64,000 nucleotides of DNA from Prevotellaceae bacterium (GTDB lineage: Bacteria > Bacteroidota > Bacteroidia > Bacteroidales > Paludibacteraceae). Position numbers and translations under genes: made by a program. Position 1 is the first letter of the stretch. Every line of letters starts with the position of its first letter. The notes under the pieces are model-generated. The model saw only the letters and a list, made by a program, of their open reading frames with translations, did no database searches and was not told the origin of the DNA. Below are positions 20,045-28,168 of the stretch, piece by piece. The stretch lies in the NCBI GenBank assembly GCA_020636695.1, contig JACJXJ010000004.1:6135-70134 (forward strand), in the 5' to 3' direction.

Positions 20045-20080
20045 TAAAAAAGGTCGTACTACAAAGTACGACCTTTTTTA
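20045..20080. terminator. bidirectional intrinsic terminator after tyrA
   Basis: AAAAAAGGTCGTACT/AGTACGACCTTTTTT hairpin with an A-run and a T-run. Confidence 0.8.
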
Positions 20081-20095
20081 GTTTTATTGACAATA

Positions 20096-20458
20096 TCAAT
20101 CTTTTTTAGTTTTAAACGATAAAATATGTATTGTTACGGCAGTGGCTATCGCGAGAAGCATAATTCGGAGCCACCAATTATCCAAAACCACAAAAGCTGA
20201 GAGTAAAATAGTAATCCATAACATCGAAATAGAATAAATCTTAACACGCAAAGGAATAGATTTATGTATCTGAAAATCGGCAATATAAGAACCTAAATAT
20301 TTATGTCCAAGAAGCCATTGTTGAGCTTTATGTGAACTTCGATAAAATAAATAAGAGGCTAATAACAAAAACGGCGTAGTAGGCAGTATGGGCAAAAATA
20401 TACCTAAAACGCCCAACGCAACACAAAGATAACCAGCACCTAATACAAAATAACGCAT
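20096..20458 (-). CDS. YbaN/DUF454 family inner membrane protein
   Basis: 120 aa with LGIFLPILPTTPFLLLASYLFYRSS, typical of DUF454. Confidence 0.75.
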   Translation of the reverse strand: MRYFVLGAGYLCVALGVLGIFLPILPTTPFLLLASYLFYRSSHKAQQWLLGHKYLGSYIADFQIHKSIPLRVKIYSISMLWITILLSAFVVLDNWWLRIMLLAIATAVTIHILSFKTKKD

Positions 20459-20478
20459 ATACTTTTATAAAATATAAA

Positions 20479-21411
20479 TCACACAGAAGGGAAAAATCGT
20501 CGATAAGCACGCACAAGCCACACAAATGCAACGGCCAACAAAAAACGAGGAATGGTAATCCAAAACAGAGGAACGCCCATTGACCAAAAGAGCGATGTAT
20601 CCTCCAAAAGTGAATGATTGATGGCGATATGATAATTTAGCAAATTCACATCCTGACGTGGCATATCGTGTTCTTCTAACTCTTCAAGCAATACCGCCGA
20701 GCCGTAAGTCAATCCAACTGTTTGAGCCACAAACCACAAAAAAGAACTGTCACGGGACAATCCCATGAGTTTCATAAAAGGCGCAAACAGACGTGCAATA
20801 ACGTCCAAAATCTTGAATTCTTTTAAAACGGCTTGTAAAAACATCAACCCGGAAACAATAGCACTCATTTTAAGCACTAAGAAAAACGCCATGCGACACC
20901 AAGCCCATAACATATCCCCCATAGACTCGTAAACAATAGTCGTCTGAACATTACCCACCATATCGCCCATTTGAGCAGGCAATAACCAATTCAGCAACAA
21001 TGCCGATACAATGCTCATCAATAAACGCAGTGGGAAAATAATCCATGGAGAAGAACCTGTTTTACGCTGAACCGCCGTTTCCACAATCATATTGTGTGAA
21101 ATCAAACACATCAACGCTAAAATAGTCATTTCTCTGACGCCCAATGGCAAAGTAGCAATAATAGCAATAGGAGCGTATAAAGCCAAAAAGATACTAGAAA
21201 TAAAAACAATGGCAGCTTCACCAGGAAGACCCAAATAAGCAAAAAAAGGAGAAAGAATAAGCGACAACCAATCAATAACACCAAAAAACTGCAAAAAACT
21301 CACAAAAAGCGAAATTGGAAGAATTATTTTCAGCAACCAAATCACTGTTTTGGACGCTTTTGTAAGTGCCAATTTGAAACAAAGCAGAAGTCGTTTCGAT
21401 AGATTTGACAT
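20479..21411 (-). CDS. nucleoside-recognition (Gate) domain membrane protein
   Basis: 310-aa polytopic ORF whose hydrophobic pattern resembles Gate-domain/SpmA-B-like proteins. This is a weak, by-eye call. Confidence 0.5.
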   Translation of the reverse strand: MSNLSKRLLLCFKLALTKASKTVIWLLKIILPISLFVSFLQFFGVIDWLSLILSPFFAYLGLPGEAAIVFISSIFLALYAPIAIIATLPLGVREMTILALMCLISHNMIVETAVQRKTGSSPWIIFPLRLLMSIVSALLLNWLLPAQMGDMVGNVQTTIVYESMGDMLWAWCRMAFFLVLKMSAIVSGLMFLQAVLKEFKILDVIARLFAPFMKLMGLSRDSSFLWFVAQTVGLTYGSAVLLEELEEHDMPRQDVNLLNYHIAINHSLLEDTSLFWSMGVPLFWITIPRFLLAVAFVWLVRAYRRFFPSV

Positions 21412-21468
21412 AAATAGTGGATTGTTTTTTATACAATAAAAGGCTGATTTTCAGCGAAAAGCAACCCT

Positions 21469-21545
21469 TATAAAACAAGAAAGGGTTGTCGTCCCGACAA
21501 CCTCAATCTTTTCTTAACCTTAAATCTAATACCATGAAAAACACG
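21469..21545 (-). ncRNA. candidate small RNA, copy 1 (promoter-to-terminator unit)
   Basis: On the minus strand: TTG(-33)-N20-TACCTTTG(-7, 21549-21556), then a ~45-nt block identical to copy 2, then the hairpin GGTTGTCG-GGA-CGACAACC followed by CTTTCTTGTTTT. The 5' end is inferred from the -7 box. Confidence 0.5.
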
Positions 21546-21548
21546 TAA

Positions 21549-21556
21549 CAAAGGTA
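21549..21556 (-). promoter_or_regulatory. -7 box TACCTTTG of sRNA copy 1
   Basis: Exact TAnnTTTG match with ATGTTG 20 nt upstream. The same architecture is found in copy 2. Confidence 0.55.
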
Positions 21557-21912
21557 ATGCATTATTTTGTGTTGTGCAACATATTTTTTACAAAAAATAA
21601 CATATTTAACCTTTTTTATTAGTAAATAAAAGTTATTAAGTCATCAAAATATTATTAACTAATTTATAATCTGCAAGTTAAAATAATACACCACATCAAA
21701 GCAATTAAGACAACAGACAAATTATAAAAAATGCTATTTTTGAGAATTTTGAGAATTTTCGCCAAGCCAAAAACACCATAAAAATCCAAACTTTATCTAT
21801 TTAAAGCACCAAAATACTACATTCTAGGAGTTTAAAAAACCTAAAAAAGCTCAAATAAATAGGCATAAAAAAAAGTACATAAACAACTAACAAAAAGCCA
21901 TTTACATACCCC

Positions 21913-21989
21913 TATAAAACAAGAAAGGGCTGTCATCACGACACCCTCAATCTTTTCTTAACCTTAAATCTAATACCATGAAAAACACA
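21913..21989 (-). ncRNA. candidate small RNA, copy 2
   Basis: On the minus strand: TTG-N20-TATCTTTG (21993-22000), the same conserved block GTGTTTTTCATGGTATTAGATTTAAGGTTAAGAAAAGATTGAGG, then the hairpin GGGTGTC/GACAGCCC (different sequence, same position) and CTTTCTTGTTTT. Confidence 0.5.
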
Positions 21990-21992
21990 TTG

Positions 21993-22000
21993 CAAAGATA
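21993..22000 (-). promoter_or_regulatory. -7 box TATCTTTG of sRNA copy 2
   Basis: Exact TAnnTTTG match with ATGTTG 20 nt upstream. Confidence 0.55.
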
Positions 22001-22063
22001 AATGCTTTTTTTATGCTATACAACATATTATTCAAGAAAATTTAAAGTTTAACATTTTTTATA

Positions 22064-22501
22064 TTATCGGACCCAAAATTGGGTACGTCCTAATAAGCCA
22101 TGCTTATCTAAAGAACCACGTACTTTCAATTTGCCAGTAGCGGCATCGAGCTCAATTGACGCATGATAAGTCTTACCATTACCTGGGTCGAGAATAGTGC
22201 CATTCACAAAACTACCATTTTCATACTTCATATCACGAACAATGATGAGACCTTCCATGGGTTTGTTTTTATCAGCACCTTGGCACTCTACGCACAAACG
22301 AGGTTTACCATCGATTGAACGTTGGAATAACTGTTCGATTTTACCATAATACAACCCGTTGGTCGCTTTAAAAATACGTACAATTGACTTCTCTTTTCCT
22401 GTTTTATCATCAACAGTTCTCCATTCACCAAGCATATTTTTTTGTGCTTGAACTGCGAATGTCACACAAATAGCCGCTGTAAAAATTAAAATTAGTTTCA
22501 T
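22064..22501 (-). CDS. DUF2147-like secreted protein
   Basis: Signal peptide followed by GEWRTVDDKTGKEKSIVRIF...NGLYYGKIEQLF, which I recognise as the DUF2147 pattern. Confidence 0.65.
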   Translation of the reverse strand: MKLILIFTAAICVTFAVQAQKNMLGEWRTVDDKTGKEKSIVRIFKATNGLYYGKIEQLFQRSIDGKPRLCVECQGADKNKPMEGLIIVRDMKYENGSFVNGTILDPGNGKTYHASIELDAATGKLKVRGSLDKHGLLGRTQFWVR

Positions 22502-22564
22502 AAATTCATTTTGTTTTGGTTAATTAATAGGGACATTATGGGGACAAAGATAGAAAAATACTGG

Positions 22565-23740
22565 TTATTCTACATACAATACCAAACCTTTTAGATATTC
22601 ACCTTCTGGATGATAGATATTTACAGGATGGTCGGCAGGTTGAGTTAATTGGTGCAAAATGCGAACTTTACGTTTGCTTTGTGCGGCAGCACTAAATACC
22701 GCCAAGCGAAATTGCTCTTTAGTCACTACTTGAGAGCACGAAAAGGTAAACAGAATACCTCCTGGTTTAATCTGTTCAAAGGCTTTAGCGTTCAGTTTTT
22801 GGTAACCCCTCAAAGCGTTTCGTAGAGAATCTTTATGTTTGGCAAAAGCAGGAGGATCAAGAATAATTAAATCATACTGACCATCAATATCATCTAAAAA
22901 TTTAAAGGCATCCACCGTAAATGATTGATGTCGAGAATCATCCTCGAAATTGAGCGCAATATTTTTATTGGTTAATTCGATGGCTTTGGCAGAGCTATCC
23001 ACAGAATGCACCGAATGTGCATTACCACGCATGGCATAAAATGAAAAACCACCCGTGTAACAAAACATATTTAGAACATCACGACCATGGGCATATTTTT
23101 CAAGTAATGCGCGGTTTTCACGTTGGTCAATAAAAAAGCCTGTTTTTTGTCCTTTCAGCCAATCAGCATGAAACTTCAAACCATTTTCTATGGGAATACA
23201 TTTACTTTCTTGACCAATTAAATAGGTATCTTCGGCTACTACTGGTGCTTTAAACGGCAAAGTGCCTTCAGATTTATAATACACATTTTCGACGCCGTTA
23301 ATTTCTGCAACCAAAATTTCCGCAATCTGTTCGCGAACCATGTGCATACCCACAGAATGTGCTTGTATAACAGCGGTATCACCATATACGTCGACAACCA
23401 AACCTGGTAAATGGTCGCCTTCTCCATGCACTAAACGATAAGTGGTATTATTTTCTACATCTGCCACACGAATATCACGTCGCATTTGGTAAGCTTTACG
23501 AATGGCATTTTGATAGAAAGTACGATCGATAGCTTCATCACAAAACGACAAAACACGCACCATAATACTCCCAATTTGGTAGTGTCCCATGGCTAAGAAA
23601 TTGCCTTGTGAATCGACTACACGTACTACATCACCCTCTTCTGGTTTACCTTTAATTTGAGCTATGGCACCAGAAAAAATCCAAGGATGAAAACGAAATA
23701 AACTTTCCTCTTTATGAGGTTTTAAATAGACAACAACCAT
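22565..23740 (-). CDS. class I SAM-dependent rRNA (cytosine-C5) methyltransferase, RlmI-like (PUA + MTase)
   Basis: N-terminal HPWIFSGAI (PUA-like), FFIDQRENR, SAM-binding VLNMFCYTGGFS and DPPAF motifs. Confidence 0.82.
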   Translation of the reverse strand: MVVVYLKPHKEESLFRFHPWIFSGAIAQIKGKPEEGDVVRVVDSQGNFLAMGHYQIGSIMVRVLSFCDEAIDRTFYQNAIRKAYQMRRDIRVADVENNTTYRLVHGEGDHLPGLVVDVYGDTAVIQAHSVGMHMVREQIAEILVAEINGVENVYYKSEGTLPFKAPVVAEDTYLIGQESKCIPIENGLKFHADWLKGQKTGFFIDQRENRALLEKYAHGRDVLNMFCYTGGFSFYAMRGNAHSVHSVDSSAKAIELTNKNIALNFEDDSRHQSFTVDAFKFLDDIDGQYDLIILDPPAFAKHKDSLRNALRGYQKLNAKAFEQIKPGGILFTFSCSQVVTKEQFRLAVFSAAAQSKRKVRILHQLTQPADHPVNIYHPEGEYLKGLVLYVE

Positions 23741-23767
23741 AAATAGTGGAAATATATGAATGAAAAA

Positions 23768-24364
23768 TTACAAGGCAATAGCTTGTTTCTGTAACTCTAA
23801 ATAAATCTCTCGGCAGGCAAATGCATCAATAGCAGCATACGCTTGCTGTTGAGGCGACAAAATAGGCGCTTCCCAATTGGAAAGTTGTTGACTTTTTGAT
23901 ATTTTTTTTGCAAATACGATAGCGTAAATTTTTTGCAAGCTTTTTTCTTCTATACCAAATGCTTCAACATACTTTTGTAATTCTATAAAATTTTTAGGAT
24001 GTACACGCATCCATTTATTGAGCGACATAAAATCATCGCGAACGGACAAACCAATTTTTTTAACCTCCGAGCTTTCCAATAATTGTTTTAAACCTTCATG
24101 CTGACCAATAAGCTGTAAACGAAAGAGATAACAAGTATCAGCAGTTGCTAGTTGAAGTAATGAAATTGTATAACGCACATTTTTTGTAAAACTAGGTCGC
24201 GTCTCGGTATCAAAACCAATCACAGCTGCCTGCATCAATTGAGATACCGCATAATCAGCCTCTTGAGATGTTTTAACAACTACTATATTCCCTGAATTTT
24301 GAAGAATTGGTAACTCTGCAATCTGCGTTTTTGTAATATGTGTAGAATAATTTATCACAATCAA
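23768..24364 (-). CDS. 3'-5' exonuclease domain protein (DnaQ/RNase D-like)
   Basis: IGFDTETRP (ExoI), KIGLSVRDD (ExoII) and YAAIDAFACREIY (ExoIII, YxxxD). Confidence 0.8.
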   Translation of the reverse strand: MIVINYSTHITKTQIAELPILQNSGNIVVVKTSQEADYAVSQLMQAAVIGFDTETRPSFTKNVRYTISLLQLATADTCYLFRLQLIGQHEGLKQLLESSEVKKIGLSVRDDFMSLNKWMRVHPKNFIELQKYVEAFGIEEKSLQKIYAIVFAKKISKSQQLSNWEAPILSPQQQAYAAIDAFACREIYLELQKQAIAL

Positions 24365-24882
24365 TGATTATCATCAGATTCTGGGACAACAGAGACGACA
24401 TGTAGTGCTCTTAATGCACCCAATAAGCGTGCGCCCCAATAATTTTTAAAATCGTTGATACAAACGAATAAAGCATCATTCATAACCTGTTCGTCACCCA
24501 CTTGGCAACAACTTGCATAATCTTTCAACGCTTGATAAACATCCGCCAAATCTTCAGAGATAGTGGCTGCCAAAGTCGTGTCACTAAATGCCATATTCGT
24601 ATCAAATGAATCCAAATAATCATCCGAATCACCAAGCAAATCAGCTAGCTGAGCACGCAACTGGGCATATTCCACTTCGGTAACAAAACGTTCTGGTTCG
24701 TCGTCCGACACATCATCAGAGACCTGAACCATAGAAGTTTTGAGGTATAATAAAGGTAACAATTTTGTTATTTTGCCAACAAAATCGCTCTTTTCGAGCT
24801 CACCTGCATGTTCCAAAAATTTACACGTTTCAACCGCAACGGTTAGAAATTCAAGTTTATCTTTTGTATAAAATGTCGACAT
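24361..24882 (-). CDS. acidic helical protein, DUF5063-like
   Basis: 173 aa and highly acidic. It has an LLPLLYLK motif and a 4-nt ATGA overlap with the downstream exonuclease gene. The family name is from memory. Confidence 0.45.
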   Translation of the reverse strand: MSTFYTKDKLEFLTVAVETCKFLEHAGELEKSDFVGKITKLLPLLYLKTSMVQVSDDVSDDEPERFVTEVEYAQLRAQLADLLGDSDDYLDSFDTNMAFSDTTLAATISEDLADVYQALKDYASCCQVGDEQVMNDALFVCINDFKNYWGARLLGALRALHVVSVVPESDDNH

Positions 24883-24894
24883 TATCGTAATTTA

Positions 24895-25755
24895 TTACTT
24901 TAACAAAACAAGGCTTAGTGCCATAAATATCATACCTGCTACCACACCCATAATTGCGTAATGGTGTTTACCATACCGCTCGGCAGTTGGCAACAATTCG
25001 TCAAGCGAAATATAAACCATAATCCCAGCCGTCAATGCCATTAAAGCACCTTCAACGGTTGGCGACCAAAATGGGAGTAACACAAAATAGCCAATCACAG
25101 CGCCAACAGGCTCTGATAAACCAGACAAAAACGACAACCAAAAGGCCTTTCGTTTCTTTCCTGTAGCTTGATAAATAGGAACCGATACCGCAATACCTTC
25201 AGGAATATTATGCAAAGCAATAGCAATCACAATAGGGAAAGCAAATTCGAGACCTTGCAAAGCCACGGTAAAGGTAGCCAATCCTTCTGGAAAATTGTGA
25301 ATAGCGATAGAGATAGCCACTAAAGCGCCAATACGATGTAATTTCGCAGCATCATTAGAGGAGGTATGACCACGACCCTTTCTGTATTGAGTCATCTTTT
25401 TCCACAGAGGTTTTTTGTCCATATCTTCCACCAAAACAGCTTCATGAGGATTCTCTTGTTCTGGAATTAAAAAATCAATAATGGCAATTAAGAACATTCC
25501 TCCAAAAAATGCTATAAAAGTTCCAAGCAAGGCATTACCATCCCACGATTGGGCAAAAGCAGTTTCCGCTGTTGGGAGAATATCAACAAACGACACAAAA
25601 AGCATCACACCAGCCGAAAAGCCGAGTGATACCGTCAAAAAAGTTTGATTCGTTTTTTTTGCAAAAAAAGCAATCAAACTTCCAATTCCTGTAGATAAAC
25701 CTGCTATAAGCGTTAAACCAAACGCAATTAAAATAGTCTGAGTATCTATATTCAT
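24895..25755 (-). CDS. zupT: ZIP family zinc transporter ZupT
   Basis: HNFPEG and HNIPEG motifs in TM4/TM5 and a His-containing cytoplasmic loop. Confidence 0.85.
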   Translation of the reverse strand: MNIDTQTILIAFGLTLIAGLSTGIGSLIAFFAKKTNQTFLTVSLGFSAGVMLFVSFVDILPTAETAFAQSWDGNALLGTFIAFFGGMFLIAIIDFLIPEQENPHEAVLVEDMDKKPLWKKMTQYRKGRGHTSSNDAAKLHRIGALVAISIAIHNFPEGLATFTVALQGLEFAFPIVIAIALHNIPEGIAVSVPIYQATGKKRKAFWLSFLSGLSEPVGAVIGYFVLLPFWSPTVEGALMALTAGIMVYISLDELLPTAERYGKHHYAIMGVVAGMIFMALSLVLLK

Positions 25756-25774
25756 ATAATAATTGTAATTTTTG

Positions 25775-25782
25775 CAAAGATA
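25775..25782 (-). promoter_or_regulatory. -7 box TATCTTTG for zupT
   Basis: Exact TAnnTTTG match 20 nt upstream of the ATG at 25755. Confidence 0.55.
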
Positions 25783-25826
25783 ACGCCTTTTATTCTAAAA
25801 AAGATATTTCTAATGATAAAAATGCG

Positions 25827-25834
25827 TATTTTTG
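25827..25834 (+). promoter_or_regulatory. -7 box TATTTTTG for the ECF sigma operon
   Basis: Exact TAnnTTTG match about 38 nt upstream of the ATG at 25872. Confidence 0.5.
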
Positions 25835-25871
25835 CACATGGTTGCTCAGCCAAAATAGCCATACAGTGCCC

Positions 25872-26424
25872 ATGAAAGAAGCGGAAATTGAACATTGGAC
25901 TCAGATACTACTCACTAGTACGAATAAGCAAACCGCTTTTTCGGCAATTGTGCGTCTAACACAGGAATCCTTATACTGGCATATCCGAAAAATGTTACTA
26001 TCACACGAAGATACAAACGATCGTATTACAAAACACCTTTTTAAAGGCTTGGCATGGGCTTCAAAACTTCAGAGGCGACAGTAAAATCACCACATGGCTC
26101 TATCGTATTGCAACCAATGAGACGCTTACATTTCTAAGCCAACAACGCATGCAGAATATCACATCATCGTTGGATTTAGAAGAAACTTTACTCAGTAAGT
26201 TAGAGAGTGACACCTACTTTTCGGGGGATGAAACACAAAAAAAATTGCAAAAAGCAATACTCACATTACCAGAGAAACAGCGATTGGTATTTCAGATGAA
26301 ATACTTCGACGACATGAAATATGAAGACATGGAAGCTATTCTAGGCACTTCCACTGGGGCGTTAAAAGCATCCTACCATCATGCAGTAAAGAAAATAGAA
26401 CAATTTTTATTAAACGAAGATTAA
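25872..26424 (+). pseudogene. ECF-type RNA polymerase sigma-70 factor, frame broken near 26022
   Basis: The upstream piece ends ...SHEDTND. After skipping 1 nt, the +1 frame reads VLQNTFLKAWHGLQNFRGDSKITTWLYRIATNETLTFL (region 2) and runs into the second ORF (region 4: LPEKQRLVFQMKYFDDMKYEDMEAILG). Confidence 0.8.
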
Positions 26425-26459
26425 ACATTTTAAACTTTTAGAGGTCTAAATAATTAGTT

Positions 26460-26777
26460 ATGAAAAAAGAAAATACACCATTAAGTTTAAAAACTATTCC
26501 AAAGGAAAAACCTTTTACGGTTCCCGATGGTTATTTTGAGCAGTTTGCCCTCAATATAGACCAACAAATTGCGCCCAAGCATATTGTACGTCCATTACGA
26601 CGTTGGATGTATGCAGCTGCCATGTTTGCAGGAATTATTGCCATTGGTGTTATGAGTTACCTATTATACAAAGATAATACAGATTCAGAACCGCTTATGG
26701 CAGAGGATTATTATGAAAATTTAATTAATGCTGGTGTTAGCGAGGATTTATTGGTAGAATACATCTTGAACGAATAA
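26460..26777 (+). CDS. putative anti-sigma factor (single-pass membrane protein)
   Basis: 105 aa with one central TM segment (WMYAAAMFAGIIAIGVMSYLLY), directly downstream of the ECF sigma gene. Confidence 0.45.
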   Translation: MKKENTPLSLKTIPKEKPFTVPDGYFEQFALNIDQQIAPKHIVRPLRRWMYAAAMFAGIIAIGVMSYLLYKDNTDSEPLMAEDYYENLINAGVSEDLLVEYILNE

Positions 26778-26781
26778 TTTT

Positions 26782-27231
26782 ATGACTATGAAAAGATACC
26801 TTTTATTTATCAGCTTATTCATATTGAGCATTGGCTTTGTCAACGCACAACAAAGAGGCTGTAACAATGCTAGACGCGAAGCTATGGAGGCTCAAAAAGT
26901 CGCCTTCATCACCGAAAAAGTAGGATTAACACCCGAAGAGGCTGAGAAATTTTGGCCATTGTACAATAGTTTTGAAGCACAAAGACGAGATTTGAGGCAT
27001 CAGATGCATGAGATTCGTCGCAATATCACTAGTGACTCGAACGAAGAAGATTACAAAAAGGCACTCAATGAACTCCAAAAAATCGATATGCAGCAAAGCG
27101 CTCTCAAACTCAAATACCACAAAGAATTTTTGAAAATATTATCAGCAAAAAAATTATTTAACTATTATTCTGCTGAGAATGAATATAAAAAAGAACTGAT
27201 AAAGCACATAGAACAGGGCTGTAGACGATAA
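26782..27231 (+). CDS. periplasmic helical protein, Spy/CpxP-like, third gene of the ECF module
   Basis: Signal peptide plus a charged helical repeat region (LTPEEAEKFWPLYNSFEAQRRDL...), a common partner of Bacteroidota ECF/anti-sigma pairs. Confidence 0.45.
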   Translation: MTMKRYLLFISLFILSIGFVNAQQRGCNNARREAMEAQKVAFITEKVGLTPEEAEKFWPLYNSFEAQRRDLRHQMHEIRRNITSDSNEEDYKKALNELQKIDMQQSALKLKYHKEFLKILSAKKLFNYYSAENEYKKELIKHIEQGCRR

Positions 27232-27269
27232 TTTTACAAAAAAGATTTTGCTCACTCAAAAAAAAGCAT

Positions 27270-27277
27270 TACCTTCG
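27270..27277 (+). promoter_or_regulatory. -7 box variant TACCTTCG for tRNA-Cys
   Basis: One mismatch to TAnnTTTG, with a TTTG -33 element 19 nt upstream. It lies 14 nt before the tRNA. Confidence 0.4.
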
Positions 27278-27290
27278 CAGTCGCAAAAAG

Positions 27291-27361
27291 GGTTCCTTGG
27301 CCGAGTGGCTAGGCACCGGTCTGCAAAACCGTCTACAGCAGTTCGAATCTGCTAGGAACCT
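27291..27361 (+). tRNA. tRNA-Cys (anticodon GCA)
   Basis: Acceptor GGTTCCT/AGGAACC, anticodon loop CTGCAAA and T arm AGCAG-TTCGAAT-CTGCT. Length 71 nt. Confidence 0.85.
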
Positions 27362-27370
27362 CTCCAACCA

Positions 27371-27405
27371 AAAGCCCTCAGTTCTAAAACAGGGGGCTTT
27401 GTTGT
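27371..27405 (+). terminator. intrinsic terminator after tRNA-Cys
   Basis: AGCCCTC...GGGGGCT hairpin (7 bp including a G-U pair) followed by TTGTTGTATTG. Confidence 0.5.
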
Positions 27406-27436
27406 ATTGTTCAAACAAACCTTATATAACATCACT

Positions 27437-28168
27437 ATGAAAAAGTACTTATTCCTTGCCCTTTTTGCGGTATCTTTGGCTGGCTGTCAGCAAAAGCACC
27501 CTGAAATTATTTCACAGGATTTTGTGCCTGTCACAGGAGTCACTATTTCCGATAGTTCAATCATTAAATTAATAGAGCCGTATAAAATTCTAATGGACTC
27601 TGACATGAATGTGGTCATTGGTACTTCGGCACAACCAATGAGTAAAGCTTTGCCTGAAGGGATACTAAACACCTTTGTAGCCAATGCCATGTTAACATAT
27701 GGGAATCAAGTAAAACCAACCGATATTGCCATCACCAATTTGGGCGGATTACGTAATGATATTCAAGAAGGACCTATTACCGTGGGTGATGTGATGCAAG
27801 TTATGCCTTTTGATAATGCACTCGTGTTTTTAGAATTATCAGGCGAAGAAGTAGAAGAATTATGTGAAGCGATAGCTAAAAAAGGCGGCGATGTAGTAGC
27901 AGGTATCTCGATGAAGATAGAAGGCGATGAGGCTGAAGATATTCTTATTCAAGGTCAACCCATCGATGAACATAAAAACTACCGAATCATCACAACCGAT
28001 TATTTATCATTTGGCAATGACCACCTAGAGCCATTAGCTAAATTTAAAACCATAGAGCCATTAAACATTTTACTGCGCGATGTGCTCATCCAAAATATCA
28101 AAGACGAAACCGCATCTGGGCGTCCTATTCAACCAACCTTAAAAAATGAAATCTATGTTGAACAATAA
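27437..28168 (+). CDS. 5'-nucleotidase C-terminal (substrate-binding) domain lipoprotein
   Basis: Lipobox LAGC, then motifs of the UshA C-terminal domain (ITNLGGLRNDI, VMPFDNAL, TTDYLSFGND). Confidence 0.78.
   Translation: MKKYLFLALFAVSLAGCQQKHPEIISQDFVPVTGVTISDSSIIKLIEPYKILMDSDMNVVIGTSAQPMSKALPEGILNTFVANAMLTYGNQVKPTDIAITNLGGLRNDIQEGPITVGDVMQVMPFDNALVFLELSGEEVEELCEAIAKKGGDVVAGISMKIEGDEAEDILIQGQPIDEHKNYRIITTDYLSFGNDHLEPLAKFKTIEPLNILLRDVLIQNIKDETASGRPIQPTLKNEIYVEQ

Noticed and set aside
21531-21548. Plus-strand mini-ORFs starting at the conserved ATGAAAAACAC inside each repeat (MKNT* in copy 1, MKNTLQR* in copy 2).
   Set aside because: The stop position and downstream codons are not conserved between copies, and no plus-strand promoter is visible. 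The conservation pattern fits minus-strand promoter elements instead.
21412-22063. The 650-bp gap considered as a CRISPR leader/array or a mobile-element remnant, because of the direct repeats.
   Set aside because: There are only two repeat copies, each about 115 bp long with its own promoter and terminator. There are no short regularly spaced repeats, no inverted terminal repeats, no target-site duplication and no transposase or integrase fragments.
23741-23753. A 13-mer AAATAGTGGAAAT shared with 55821-55833, considered as a possible dispersed repeat.
   Set aside because: Dozens of 13-mer coincidences are expected in 64 kb, and the flanks show no extended similarity.
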